Shown here: piece after piece, positions 47,270 through 61,100 of the stretch
Numbering within the stretch: position 1 is the stretch's first letter
Layout of the letters: every line of letters starts with the position of its first letter
Assembly (NCBI GenBank): GCA_950097015.1
Contig: CATNEN010000008.1
Coordinates: 744,001-808,000 of the forward strand
Length of the DNA: 64,000 nucleotides
Reading direction: 5' to 3'
Origin: Macrostomum hystrix
Lineage: Eukaryota > Animalia > Platyhelminthes
Translations under genes and position numbers: made by a program
The notes under the pieces: generated by a model
Seen by the model: only the letters and a program-made list of their open reading frames with translations
Database searches by the model: none
Told to the model about the DNA's origin: nothing

Positions 47270-50200
47270 TTGATAGATATCTAGGCTTAGAATTAATATT
47301 AATAGATTCCTAGGCTCAGAATCGATCCATATCTAGGCTCAACATTTTTATAGAGATCTAGGCTCAGCATTGATAGTTATCTAGGCTCAGCATTGATAGT
47401 TATCTAGGCTCAGAATTTATATTTATCTAGGCTCAGCATTGATAGTTACCTAGGCTCAGCATTGATAGTTATCTAGGCTCAGCATTGATAGTTACCTAGG
47501 CTTAGCATTGATAGTTATCTAGGCTTAGGATTGATAGTTATCTAGGCTCAACATTTTTATAGATAACTAGGCTCAGCATTGATAGTTATCTAGGCTCAGC
47601 ATTGATAGTTATCTTGGCTCAGCATTGATAGTTATCTAGGCTCAGCATTGATAGTTTTCTAGGCTCAGCATTGATAGTTATTTAGGCTCAGCAATGATAG
47701 TTATCTAGGCTCAGCATTGATAGTTATCTAGGCTCAACATTGATAGATATCCAAGCTCAGAATTGATAGGTTCCAAGGGTCAGAATCGATAGAAAACTAG
47801 GCTCAGCATTGATAGTTATCTAGGCTCAACATTTTTATAGATAACTAGGCTCAGCATTGATAGTATCTAGGCTCAACATTTTTATAGATAACTAGGCACA
47901 GCATTGATAGTTATCTAGGCACAGCATTGATAGTTATCTAGGCTCAGCATTGATAGTTACCTAGGCTCAGCATTGATAGTTACCTAGGCTTAGCATTGAT
48001 AGTTACCTAGGCTCAGCATTGATAGTTACCTAGGCTCAGCATTGATAGTTACCTAGGCTTAGCATTGATAGTTACCTAGGCTCAGCATTGATAGTTACCT
48101 AGGCTCAGCATTGATAGTTACCTAGGCTCAGCATTGATAGTTACCTAGGCTGAGCATTGATAGTTATCTAGGCTCAGCATTGATAGTTACCTAGGCTCAG
48201 CATTGATAGTTACCTAGGCTTAGCATTGATAGTTACCTAGGCTCAGCATTGATAGTTACCTAGGCTCAGCATTGATAGCTATCAAGGCTCAGCATTGATA
48301 GTTATCTAGGCTTAGGATTGATAGTTCTCTAGGCACAGCATTGATAGTTATGTAGGCTCAGCATTGATAGTTATCTAGGCTCAGCATTGATAGTTATCTA
48401 GGCTCAGCATTGATAATTATCAAGGCTCAGCATTGATAGTTTTCTAGGCTCAACATTGATAGATATCTAGGCACAGCATCGATAGATATCCAAGCTCAGA
48501 ATTTATATTTATCTAGGCTCAGCATTGATAGTTATCTAGGCTCAGCATTGATAGTTCTCTAGGCACAGCATTGATAGTTATCTAGGCTCAGCATTGATAG
48601 TTATCTAGGCTCAGCATTGATAGTTATCTAGGCTCAGCATTGATAATTATCAAGGCTCAGCATTGATAGTTTTCTAGGCTCAACATTCTTATAGATTTCT
48701 AGGCTCAACATTGATAGATATCTAGGCACAGCATCGATAGATATCCAAGCTCAGAATTTATATTTATCTAGGCTCAGCATTGATAGTTATCTAGGCTCAG
48801 CATTGATAGTTATCTAGGCTTAGCATTGATAGTTACCTAGGCTTAGCATTGATAGTTATCTAGGCTTAGGATTGATAGTTATCTAGGCTCAACATTTTTA
48901 TAGATAACTAGGCTCAGCATTGATAGTTATCTAGGCTCAGCATTGATAGTTATCTAGGCTCAGCATTGATAGTTATCTAGGCTCAGCATTGATATTTAAC
49001 TAGGCTCAGCATTGATAGTTATCTAGGCTCAGCATTGATAGATATCTAGGCTCAGCATTGATAGTTATCTAGGCTCAACATTTTTATAGACATCAAGGCT
49101 CAGATTGGATTGATATCCAAGCTCTGAATTGATAGATTCCACGGGTCAGAATCGAAAGAAAACTAGGCTCAGCATTGATATTTAACTAGGCTCAGCATTG
49201 ATAGTTACCTAGGCTCAGCATTGATAGTTACCTAGGCTTAGCATTGATAGTTACCTAGGCTCAGCATTGATAGTTACCTAGGCTCAGCATTGATAGTTAC
49301 CTAGGCTTAGCATTGATAGTTACCTAGGCTCAGCATTGATAGTTACCTAGGCTCAGCATTGATAGTTACCTAGGCTCAGCATTGATAGTTACCTAGGCTG
49401 AGCATTGATAGTTATCTAGGCTCAGCATTGATAGTTACCTAGGCTCAGCATTGATAGTTACCTAGGCTTAGCATTGATAGTTACCTAGGCTCAGCATTGA
49501 TAGTTACCTAGGCTCAGCATTGATAGCTATCAAGGCTCAGCATTGATAGTTATCTAGGCTTAGGATTGATAGTTCTCTAGGCACAGCATTGATAGTTATC
49601 TAGGCTCAGCATTGATAGTTATCTAGGCTCAGCATTGATAGTTATCTAGGCTCAGCATTGATAATTATCAAGGCTCAGCATTGATAGTTTTCTAGGCTCA
49701 ACATTCTTATAGATTTCTAGGCTCAACATTTTTATAGAGATCTAGGCTCAACATTGATAGATATCTAGGCACAGCATCGATAGATATCCAAGCTCAGAAT
49801 TTATATTTATCTAGGCTCAGCATTGATAGTTACCTAGGCTCAGCATTGATAGTTATCTAGGCTTAGCATTGATAGTTACCTAGGCTCAGCATTGATAGTT
49901 ATCTAGGCTTAGGATTGATAGTTATCTAGGCTCAACATTTTTATAGATAACTAGGCTCAGCATTGATAGTTATCTAGGCTCAGCATTGATAGTTATCTAG
50001 GCTCAGCATTGATAGTTATCTAGGCTTAGCATTGATAGTTACCTAGGCTTAGCATTGATAGTTATCTAGGCTTAGGATTGATAGTTATCTAGGCTCAACA
50101 TTTTTATAGATAACTAGGCTCAGCATTGATAGTTATCTTGGCTCAGCATTGATAGTTATCTAGGCTCAGCATTGATAGTTATCTAGGCTCAGCATTGATA

Positions 50201-53200
50201 TTTAACTAGGCTCAGCATTGATAGTTCTCTAGGCACAGCATTGATAGTTATCTAGGCTCAGCATTGATAGTTATCTAGGCTCAGCATTGATAGTTATCTA
50301 GGCTCAGCATTGATAATTATCAAGGCTCAGCATTGATAGTTTTCTAGGCTCAACATTCTTATAGATTTCTAGGCTCAACATTTTTATAGAGATCTAGGCT
50401 CAACATTGATAGATATCTAGGCACAGCATCGATAGATATCCAAGCTCAGAATTTATATTTATCTAGGCTCAGCATTGATAGTTACCTAGGCTCAGCATTG
50501 ATAGTTATCTAGGCTTAGCATTGATAGTTACCTAGGCTTAGCATTGATAGTTATCTAGGCTTAGGATTGATAGTAATCTAGGCTCAACATTTTTATAGAT
50601 AACTAGGCTCAGCATTGAGAGTTATCTAGGCTCAGCATTGATAGTTATCTAGGCTCAGCATTGATAGTTATCTAGGCTTAGCATTGATAGTTACCTAGGC
50701 TTAGCATTGATAGTTATCTAGGCTTAGGATTGATAGTTATCTAGGCTCAACATTTTTATAGATAACTAGGCTCAGCATTGATAGTTATCTAGGCTCAGCA
50801 TTGATAGTTTTCTAGGCTCAGCATTGATAGTCATTTAGGCTCAGCAATGATAGTTATCTAGGCTCAGCATTGATAGTTATCTAGGCTCAACATTGATAGA
50901 TATCTAGGCTCAGCATTGATAGATATCCAAGCTCAGAATTGATAGGTTCCAAGGGTCAGAATCGATAGAAAACTAGGCTCAGCATTGATAGTTATCTAGG
51001 CTCAACATTTTTATAGATAACTAGGCTCAGCATTGATGGTATCTAGGCTCAACATTTTTATAGATAACTAGGCACAGCATTGATAGTTATCTAGGCACAG
51101 CATTGATAGTTATCTAGGCTCAGCATTGATAGTTACCTAGGCTCAGCATTGATAGTTACCTAGGCTTAGCATTGATAGTTACCTCGGCTCAGCATTGATA
51201 GTTACCTAGGCTCAGCATTGATAGTTACCTAGGCTTAGCATTGATAGTTACCTAGGCTCAGCATTGATAGTTACCTAGGCTCAGCATTGATAGTTACCTA
51301 GGCTCAGCATTGATAGTTACCTAGGCTCAGCATTGATAGTTACCTAGGCTCAGCATTGATAGTTATCTAGGCTCAACATTTTTATAGATAACTAGGCACA
51401 GCATTGATAGTTATCTTGGCTCAGCATTAATAGTTATCTAGGCTCAGCATTGATAGTTATCTAGGCTCAGCATTGATAGTTATCAAGGCTCAGCATTGAT
51501 AGTTTTCTAGGCTCAGCATTGATAGTTATCAAGGCTCAGCATTGATAGTTATCTAGGCTCAGCATTGATAGTTATCAAGGCTCAGCATTGATAGTTATCC
51601 AGGCTCAGCATTGATAGTTATCTAGGCTCAGCATTGATAATTATCTAGGCTCAGCATTGATAGTTATCTAGGCTCAGCATTGATAGTTATCTAGGCTCAG
51701 GATTGATAGTTAACTAGGCTCAGCATTGATTGTTATCTAGGCTCAACATTTTTATAGATATTAAGGCTCAGCATTGATAGATATCTAGGCTCAGCATTGT
51801 TAGTTATCTAGGCTCAGCATTGATAGATATCTAGGCTCAGCATTGATAGTTATCTAGGCTCAACATTTTTATAGATATTAAGGCTCAGCATTGATAGATA
51901 TCTAGGCTCAGCATTGATAGTTATCTAGGCTCAGCATTGATAGATATCTAGGCTCAGCATTGATAGTTATCTAGGCTCAGCATTGATAGATATCTAGGCT
52001 CAGCATTGATAGTTATCTAGGCTCAGCATTGATAGTTATCTAGGCTCAGGATTGATAGTTAACTAGGCTCAGCATTGATAGTTATCTAGGCTCAGCATTG
52101 ATAGTTATCTAGGCTCAGGATTGATAGTTATCTAGGCTCAACATTTTTTTAGATATTAAGTCTCAGCATTGATAGTTATCTAGGCTCAACATTTTTATAG
52201 ATATCTAGGCTCAGCATTGATAGTTATCTAGGCTCAGCGTGATAGTTATCTAGGCTCAACATTTTTATAGATATCTAGGCTCAGCATTGATAGTTATCTA
52301 GGCTCAGCATTGATATATATCTAGGCTCAGCATTGATAGTTATCTAGGCTCAGCGTGATAGTTATCTAGGCTCAACATTTTTATAGATATCTAGGCTCAG
52401 CATTGATAGTTACCTAGGCTCAGCATTGATAGTTACCTAGGCTTAGCATTGATAGTTACCTAGGCTGAGCATTGATAGTTATCTAGGCTTAGCATTGATA
52501 GTTACCTAGGCTCAGCATTGATAGTTTTCTAGGCTCAGCATTGATAGTCATTTAGGCTCAGCAATGATAGTTATCTAGGCTCAGCATTGATAGTTATCTA
52601 GGCTCAACATTGATAGATATCTAGGCTCAGCATTGATAGATATCCAAGCTCAGAATTGATAGGTTCCAAGGGTCAGAATCGATAGAAAACTAGGCTCAGC
52701 ATTGATAGTTATCTAGGCTCAACATTTTTATAGATAACTAGGCTCAGCATTGATGGTATCTAGGCTCAACATTTTTATAGATAACTAGGCACAGCATTGA
52801 TAGTTATCTAGGCACAGCATTGATAGTTATCTAGGCTCAGCATTGATAGTTACCTAGGCTCAGCATTGATAGTTACCTAGGCTTAGCATTGATAGTTACC
52901 TCGGCTCAGCATTGATAGTTACCTAGGCTCAGCATTGATAGTTACCTAGGCTTAGCATTGATAGTTACCTAGGCTCAGCATTGATAGTTACCTAGGCTCA
53001 GCATTGATAGTTACCTAGGCTCAGCATTGATAGTTACCTAGGCTCAGCATTGATAGTTACCTAGGCTCAGCATTGATAGTTATCTAGGCTCAACATTTTT
53101 ATAGATAACTAGGCACAGCATTGATAGTTATCTTGGCTCAGCATTAATAGTTATCTAGGCTCAGCATTGATAGTTATCTAGGCTCAGCATTGATAGTTAT

Positions 53201-55310
53201 CAAGGCTCAGCATTGATAGTTTTCTAGGCTCAGCATTGATAGTTATCAAGGCTCAGCATTGATAGTTATCTAGGCTCAGCATTGATAGTTATCAAGGCTC
53301 AGCATTGATAGTTATCCAGGCTCAGCATTGATAGTTATCTAGGCTCAGCATTGATAATTATCTAGGCTCAGCATTGATAGTTATCTAGGCTCAGCATTGA
53401 TAGTTATCTAGGCTCAGGATTGATAGTTAACTAGGCTCAGCATTGATTGTTATCTAGGCTCAACATTTTTATAGATATTAAGGCTCAGCATTGATAGATA
53501 TCTAGGCTCAGCATTGTTAGTTATCTAGGCTCAGCATTGATAGATATCTAGGCTCAGCATTGATAGTTATCTAGGCTCAACATTTTTATAGATATTAAGG
53601 CTCAGCATTGATAGATATCTAGGCTCAGCATTGATAGTTATCTAGGCTCAGCATTGATAGATATCTAGGCTCAGCATTGATAGTTATCTAGGCTCAGCAT
53701 TGATAGATATCTAGGCTCAGCATTGATAGTTATCTAGGCTCAGCATTGATAGTTATCTAGGCTCAGGATTGATAGTTAACTAGGCTCAGCATTGATAGTT
53801 ATCTAGGCTCAGCATTGATAGTTATCTAGGCTCAGGATTGATAGTTATCTAGGCTCAACATTTTTTTAGATATTAAGTCTCAGCATTGATAGTTATCTAG
53901 GCTCAACATTTTTATAGATATCTAGGCTCAGCATTGATAGTTATCTAGGCTCAGCGTGATAGTTATCTAGGCTCAACATTTTTATAGATATCTAGGCTCA
54001 GCATTGATAGTTATCTAGGCTCAGCATTGATATATATCTAGGCTCAGCATTGATAGTTATCTAGGCTCAGCGTGATAGTTATCTAGGCTCAACATTTTTA
54101 TAGATATCTAGGCTCAGCATTGATAGTTACCTAGGCTCAGCATTGATAGTTACCTAGGCTTAGCATTGATAGTTACCTAGGCTGAGCATTGATAGTTATC
54201 TAGGCTTAGCATTGATAGTTACCTAGGCTCAGCATTGATAGTTACCTAGGCTCAGCATTGATAGTTATCTAGGCTCAACATTTTTATAGATAACTAGGCT
54301 CAGCATTGATAGTTATCTAGGCTCAGCATTGATAGTTATCTAGGCTCAGCATTGATAGTTATCTAGGCTCAGCATTGATAGTTTTCTAGGCTCAGCATTG
54401 ATAGTTATTTAGGCTCAGCAATGATAGTTATCTAGGCTCAGCATTGATAGTTATCTAGGCTCAACATTGATAGATATCTAGGCTCAGCATTGATAGATAT
54501 CCAAGCTCAGAATTGATAGGTTCCAAGGGTCAGAATCGATAGAAAACTAGGCTCAGCATTGATAGTTATCTAGGCTCAACATTTTTATAGATAACTAGGC
54601 TCAGCATTGATAGTATCTAGGCTCAACATTTTTATAGATAACTAGGCACAGCATTGATAGTTATCTAGGCACAGCATTGATAGTTATCTAGGCTCAGCAT
54701 TGATAGTTACCTAGGCTCAGCATTGATAGTTACCTAGGCTTAGCATTGATAGTTACCTAGGCTCAGCATTGATAGTTACCTAGGCTCAGCATTGATAGTT
54801 ACCTAGGCTTAGCATTGATAGTTACCTTGGCTCAGCATTGATAGTTACCTAGGCTCAGCATTGATAGTTACCTAGGCTCAGCATTGATAGTTACCTAGGC
54901 TGAGCATTGATAGTTATCTAGGCTCAGCATTGATAGTTACCTAGGCTCAGCATTGATAGTTACCTAGGCTCAGCATTGATAGTTATCTAGGCTCAACATT
55001 TTGATAGATATCTCGGCTCAGCACTGGTAGATATCTAGGCTCAGAATGGATAGATATCGTACTTTAGATTTGATAGATATCTAGATAACTTCATTGGTTA
55101 AAAATCTATAGAAATTTAAGCTAAGAATCGATAGATATTGAAGCTCAGAATTTTTAGAAATCTAAGGTCAGAATTGATAGAATTCTAAGCTCAGAATTGA
55201 TAGAAATCTTGGCTCAGCACGGGTAGATATCTAGGCTCAGTGTTGATAGATATTTAGGCTCAAAGTCGATAGAAAGTTAAGCTCAGAATCAATAGATATT
55301 GATAGATATA
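47270..55310. repeat. 8-kb 23-bp satellite with a 1717-bp higher-order duplication
   Basis: Unit ctaggctcagcattgatagttat. Rare variant markers recur exactly 1717 bp apart (ttccaagggt at 50947/52664; cctcggctc at 51182/52899). Confidence 0.97.
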
Positions 55311-55312
55311 TC

Positions 55313-55810
55313 AATAGGCTTTTCTAATGCATTCTTGTTTTCAGCTTGTGCACAGTGAGGCTCCAGTGCCAATTTTTATGATTGCATCAGAGCCAGTTTT
55401 GATAACGAACTGATAAGAACTCCAGTGAGGCTACCCAGAGGGTAGCGAAGGCAGCTAGTTAATATACTAAAAATGAAAATCTTGTATGTTTGTATGTTTG
55501 TATGTATGTTTGCAATCGACTAGCTCCCGAACGGCTCAACCGATTTTCACAATTCCTTCGCCAAAAGATCACAAATGGGCCGGAATCGGTACACGTATTT
55601 TTATTAAGCTTAATTTCATTGCCAAGGGGATTAAATATTCGAAAAACTGTTTTAAATAGGCTTTTCTAATGCATTCTTGTTTTCAGCTTGTGCACAGTGA
55701 GGCCTCCAGTGCCAAATTTAATGATTGCATCAGAGCCAGTTTTGATAACGCACGCGCGTACTGATAAGAACTCACAGGGAGGCTACCCAGAGGGTAGCGA
55801 AGGCAGCTAG
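55313..55810 (+). mobile_element. Continuation of the same Helitron-like array (3' half unit plus one full unit)
   Basis: 55313-55458 matches the 3' half of the unit; 55459-55810 is a full unit ending in hairpin+CTAG and followed by T. Confidence 0.8.
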
Positions 55811-56508
55811 TTCTTATCTAAAAGTGTGAACTACACTATCGCGCCGCCAAATGAGCAAGTCAGTGTACATAGTCACTTCTGACCCGCGTTTTTTATCTGA
55901 CCACTTTGGCAAGAAAGCTACACACCTGGAGACTATCCAAACCTAGATGAACTTTGATTTCACTCCTAGATAGACAGGGGGTTGGCCGTTGTGAGTGTGT
56001 CGTATTCCCAACGTTTATATAATATTTGAGGCACAAGCCGACATGACTCGCTAAGGCCTCGTTACTATTCTGTATTCCAGGGCCAGCAAAGCGAAAAACA
56101 GACCTGGTAAGCTTCTATTTTGGCTTCTGATGACACGCTGCTTTGATTACAAACTAGTTGTATCGAATAACCCAACAGGTGTTTTGACCCACCTGCATGA
56201 CTGCCTGACGACATCAGACAAGCTGTGTAATCACTAGGCTGATTACACTAATGGCCCTTGCATTAAGCCTTTACTTATTAAGATGAGATTTTTAGCTTAC
56301 TCAAATTAGAGCATCGTTTTGCTTATGAGTACTTTTTAATTTTCCAAATGCGCCCCTAAAAGATGAGTTGGCTCAAAAATAAGCACGTAATTTTATTTTG
56401 TTTTTGTTTTTATTTCAAAATGCATTCAAAGACAATAGTGAAAGTGCTAGACCGCTAAAAGTACTTTGAAGGACAGCTGTTGAACTATTTAACAACCGAA
56501 ACCAGGTC

Positions 56509-58127
56509 ATGCCCAAGCTGCAGTCCAGCCTGCTGCCATGGCTAGTGGCTGCCTTCATGGCCTGCCAGGCCGCCCCTGCCGAGGACCAGGTGATCATTCT
56601 ACCGGGCCTGAAGCAGCAGCCGGCATTCAAGCACTACTCCGGCTACCTGAAGGCCGGCGGAGACCGTCATCTACACTACTGGCTGGTCGAGAGTTCGAAC
56701 GCCGATCCGACCAAGGCGCCGCTGGTGCTGTGGTTCAACGGCGGGCCCGGCTGCTCCTCGATGGAGGGCATGCTGCGCGAGAACGGCCCGTTCCGCGTTA
56801 ACGACATGGCCTGGCTGGAGATGAATCCCTATGCCTGGAACCGCGACGCCAACGTCCTGTACATCGAGGCTCCCGCCGGCGTTGGCTTCAGCTACTCTGA
56901 CAGCAATGTCACCAAGACCAACGACACCCAGGTAGCCGAGGATAACTACCTGGCGTTGAAAAGTTTTCTCGCCAAATTTCCGGAATACAATGCCCGGGAG
57001 GTCCACATCTCCGGTGAGAGCTACGCTGGAGTCTATGTGCCCACCCTGGCCGCCAGGTATGAGATCCTGTTTTGCAGCTGGAAGGTTCTGTCTCCCATGA
57101 CACTGACCTTCGTAGGCTTTGCAGCTGCTTTCCTCACCGTTTCCTCACAGGGTTCTGGCTGATCCGAGCATCAATCTTCGCGGCATTCTGATTGGCAACA
57201 GCATCGACTCCTGGCCGCTGAACTCGCTGTCGCTGATTTACTTCGGCTACTACCACGGTCTAATTGGCTACCAGTTCTGGGCGAACCTCACCAGCTCCTG
57301 CTGCAGCAGCTGCGTGGGCATTCGCTGCGACTTCTACGCTGGAAAAGCCAAGCCAGCCTGCGCCGACCTATTGGCTCGCGCCGAAAGCATCACCGACGGC
57401 CTGAACATCTACAACGTGTACCAGCCCTGCTACGGTGGCATTCAGCAGGGCCAAGGCCGACAGAAACGCGACGCACGAGTTGACCAGATGTTCGACCTGC
57501 TGGAAGACCTCAAAGTCGACTCCGGCCTCCTGGTCGGTGCTGATGACTCAGGAGGAGGCGAAGCGGAATTCGCCTCAGCGCCAGAAACGGCAGGAGCCGC
57601 TGTCGCCGCAGCAGGTGGCGCGGACCTATCTGCTCAGACGTACGCGCCAAGACCTTCTCGCCTCTATCGGTGAAGATCCGCCCTGCTCGAACACCACCGC
57701 GCTCACCACCTACCTGAACCTGCCCGCGGCTCGCTACGCCCTGCATGTAAAGGACGTTGGGCCCTATGCGATTTGCAGCAACCTGGATTATACGATCGAG
57801 TACAATGACATGACGCCTGTTTACCAGAAGCTGCTCAAGTCTCGCCGTCTGCGCATCACTCTCTACAATGGCGACGTTGACATGGCCTGCAACTTCCTGC
57901 AGACCGAGTGGTTCCTGCAGAATCTCAACCAGACGGTGACCACACCACGCAAGCCGTGGTACTTCCAGGATCCGGTGGACGGTCGCCAAATTGGCGGCTA
58001 CGTGCGGCAGTGGGCCGGCAACCTCACCTACCTGACTGTGAGGGGCTCCGGTCACATGGTGCCGGAGGACAAGCCGCAGCAGGCCTACGTGCTCTTCAAG
58101 AACCACCTGACCGGAAGTGGCTACTGA
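56509..58127 (+). CDS. CTSA: Lysosomal protective protein / cathepsin A-like serine carboxypeptidase (S10); join(56509..57056,57151..58127) with a +1 frameshift near 57533
   Basis: Signal peptide; FKHYSGYL; LVLWFNGGPGCSS; ANVLYIEAPAGVGFSYS; nucleophile GESYAG; YNGDVDMACN (Asp); GSGHMVP (His). A 94-bp GT..AG intron (57057-57150) restores LAAR-VLADP. The N-terminal frame stops at 57673 and the C-terminal half is in the +1 frame. Confidence 0.92.
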
Positions 58128-61100
58128 TTAAGGATTAGTCACGATGCAAACTGTGAACTGTGACAAGATTTCCGAGCGCATCTCGTCTTGACCTTCATTA
58201 ACTATATCTGGCTCCCTCAAACTTATGAGATTTGATGTCGTCACAGTATTTTTCTCTCGTATATATTAGTCTTTGTCCGATGAAATAAGTAATCTTCCTG
58301 TTCTTCATTTTTTATCCAGCAAAATTAGGCACTGATAATAAATTCTTTTTATATTGGTCTCTTTTTCGAGACTCAAATTAATAAAGCTTTCGGATCACGC
58401 TCTCTATTTTTAGTCTAGCTTGTTCTACACCTACAGCATGGTATTTCTGGCCTTCTCCGTAGCGAGCCGCATTCACTCATTTTGTCATCGAAACACGAGG
58501 AACGCTGGTAGGAAAGTATTTCGGTTACATTTTTTTAATTGATTCACTACTATTAATTTTATTACCATTTTGCTTTGGCTAACAGAATAAATAAATACGA
58601 AAAAATGAGGAGACTTGCTGAACGAAAACGCGATTAGGTGCAATTTTAAGCCAGCCTTTGGGAACTGAAAGCCATTCGCGATCGGGATTAAATATCAGTG
58701 GTGCACCTGGGGCTCAGGGGTGATTCAAATGGATGTGGAAGTAATAGTTACGCAAGTGTCATCGGCCGTGAGTAGCGGACTCTCGTTCAATTTGTATTTT
58801 TTACACGTGGATCTCACTGCGTCGAGTAAACACGTCCTCCAACAAGCAAATAAACATTGGCTAACGCTTGACATGAATTCGTTGAGTGTGTGTTTTGAAA
58901 TAAATATACCTATTCCCATTGTCAGCCTTAACCAATTAAAAAAATTGTGACTGCTTTCTACTCTAAGGCCAGTATCGTAGAATTTGCAGAATTGTCAAAA
59001 TATTTGGCGACACATCCTGCCTCAAGGTAGGACATTGGGTTGGCATGATAACTTTTTAGATTTATCACATTAGCAGACGACTAACAGGAGTCAGGTAGGG
59101 CAGGTAAAGGGCAGGTACCACTTAGACAGTCTATGAGACGGTCTTCAATGATAAGATTTCATTAAAATAAGTTTACCCGAGCCGCAGACGAGTCCAATGG
59201 AACTGAAGCACGCGTGTTGCTTACGCATCTATGCATGCGGGAGCCCTGTTAATGCCTATCATATTCATTAGACGGAACCTGACACGAGGCCCGCCCCAGC
59301 GTCCCGGGTGGATGATAAGCTCGATAGCTTACCGCGATTAGGCTCGCTTGGATTATCAAAGTCAAAGTTTACTATGGGAAGACGCGACACAGAAGCGATC
59401 GACTTTCCATATTGAAATCCGAAAGTGCACGGCTGCGAACTATTCACGCAGCCTCACAAACTCTTCAGTTGGACAATCACTCTGCTGCTTGGGCTGCGGC
59501 GCTAATCTCCTTAGAGCCTGCGACTTGAAGAATTCTCGGGAGAATCAACACTGACTGGCTTTGTCCTACCTTATAGTCATTCTGATATCGTGTGCACTTT
59601 AAAAAAATGCTGAAATTCTGAGAGCTATCAAAACTAAATTGATGGATACAACGATAAATTTCTAATTAAATGGACAGCAGGTAAAACCACAGCCATTTTC
59701 ACTAAGTGCTGTCTGGAATGAAGCGAAAATTAAAAAGACAGAAAGAGGAAATTGCAGGTTTCCCAGGCTGTTTACTGCCTGTGCTCAGAAATAAGCTCAA
59801 AAGTTAAATATTCTGTTCGCGAGTGCGTAAACAGGTGGGGGGGGTGGGCCGTCACCCGGTGAAAAACACAGCCTGGCAGGAGGACAGCGGGGTACAAAAC
59901 ACTGAGAGATGAAATTTTGGCACGGATGAAGGCTCAGTGGAAACAAGACGGGCCAGTTAGGCAGGGTGAGTGCAGGCGGAGGTCGCGGACATTTGAGCCT
60001 TTGAAACACGCCAGAAGCCGACCGGCCTCTCAAGCAAATATGGCCGAATTGTAAATGCGAGAAATGGCGGCATCATGCGATCAATTAGGCAATCGAACGC
60101 GAAGGAAGTCGCAGACATCTCAGATACACAGATGTCGTGACGCTGATGGGGTGGCTGACTCGAGAAGATGCGGAAGGATCATCGTTCAACAGACTCGAAG
60201 TCACGGATTTAACTATGTTTACTGATCTGTTTTTCTACTTTGAAAATGATATTCCACGTATCCCTCGAATCTAAGAAAAGCATTTCGTAGCAAAAATAAA
60301 TAAAAGTGCTTCTGATCTACTCAGATGTTTTTTGACCAGGAAAATTTCTAGCCACAGACAATAAGATTTTCGATTTAATTTAGACAAATTGAAAGCTTAA
60401 TTTCCTACACAAGACTCGAAGAATCCGCCCTGCAGGTCGGGGGGATAGGGATGCAAATGATTTTCTCACGGACGAGGACTGAGAAGCAATGACACTGGGA
60501 CAAAATCTCTCTGTGAGTTCCGTCAACAAAGCTAAACCCGATTGTCCTCAGGGGTGGGAGAGGCCTTCACTTCAAGGGCAACGTCTAAAACTGGGCCACT
60601 TTTCGGGTTTGTTTTTAACACAAAAAATGTTGAGCCATTTTCTTTTCAAAGTCGTCACGCGATAATACCTCATGACTGATTTCTCACAAGCTAGTCCTGG
60701 AAATTGCATCCAGCAGGCATGGAACAACGTCGATCGTCAAACCACTTGCACTACTTATGACGCTAGGTTTCTTACAACAGAAAACATAACGCGTCCTTTA
60801 TTTTTCGCCTAGGGAAAGACCGTGGAAGTATATTTCAAATACCCACTGCCTAGTACTTCACGACCTAACTTTCTAAGCCTAGATATTCTTGTCAAAGACC
60901 GTGGTGGCAAGGACAACTGACATTGTTCTGTATAAATAGTCCATGTTGATTGAATAATATAATCATTAGCAATATATAAATACAACTAATGTAATCATGA
61001 GCCGACATGATGATTACATGATCAAGTTTTGTAACCAGAAAAATTGTGTTTTGTCATTCTGGGAATTGTTGCATCGGATAGAGCGAAAACTTTTAGCCCG

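Noticed and set aside
2781-55310. CRISPR-like appearance of the 20-34-bp repeats
   Set aside because: Units are contiguous without unique spacers, there are no cas genes, and the context is eukaryotic.
19266-57533. A shared programmed +1 frameshifting system across PPIP5K, LRR and CTSA
   Set aside because: There is no common slippery sequence or stimulatory structure at the three sites; long-read consensus indel errors are simpler.
57510-58106. Long antisense ORFs over CTSA, LRR, GC and PPIP5K exons
   Set aside because: These are shadow ORFs of GC-rich coding sequence.
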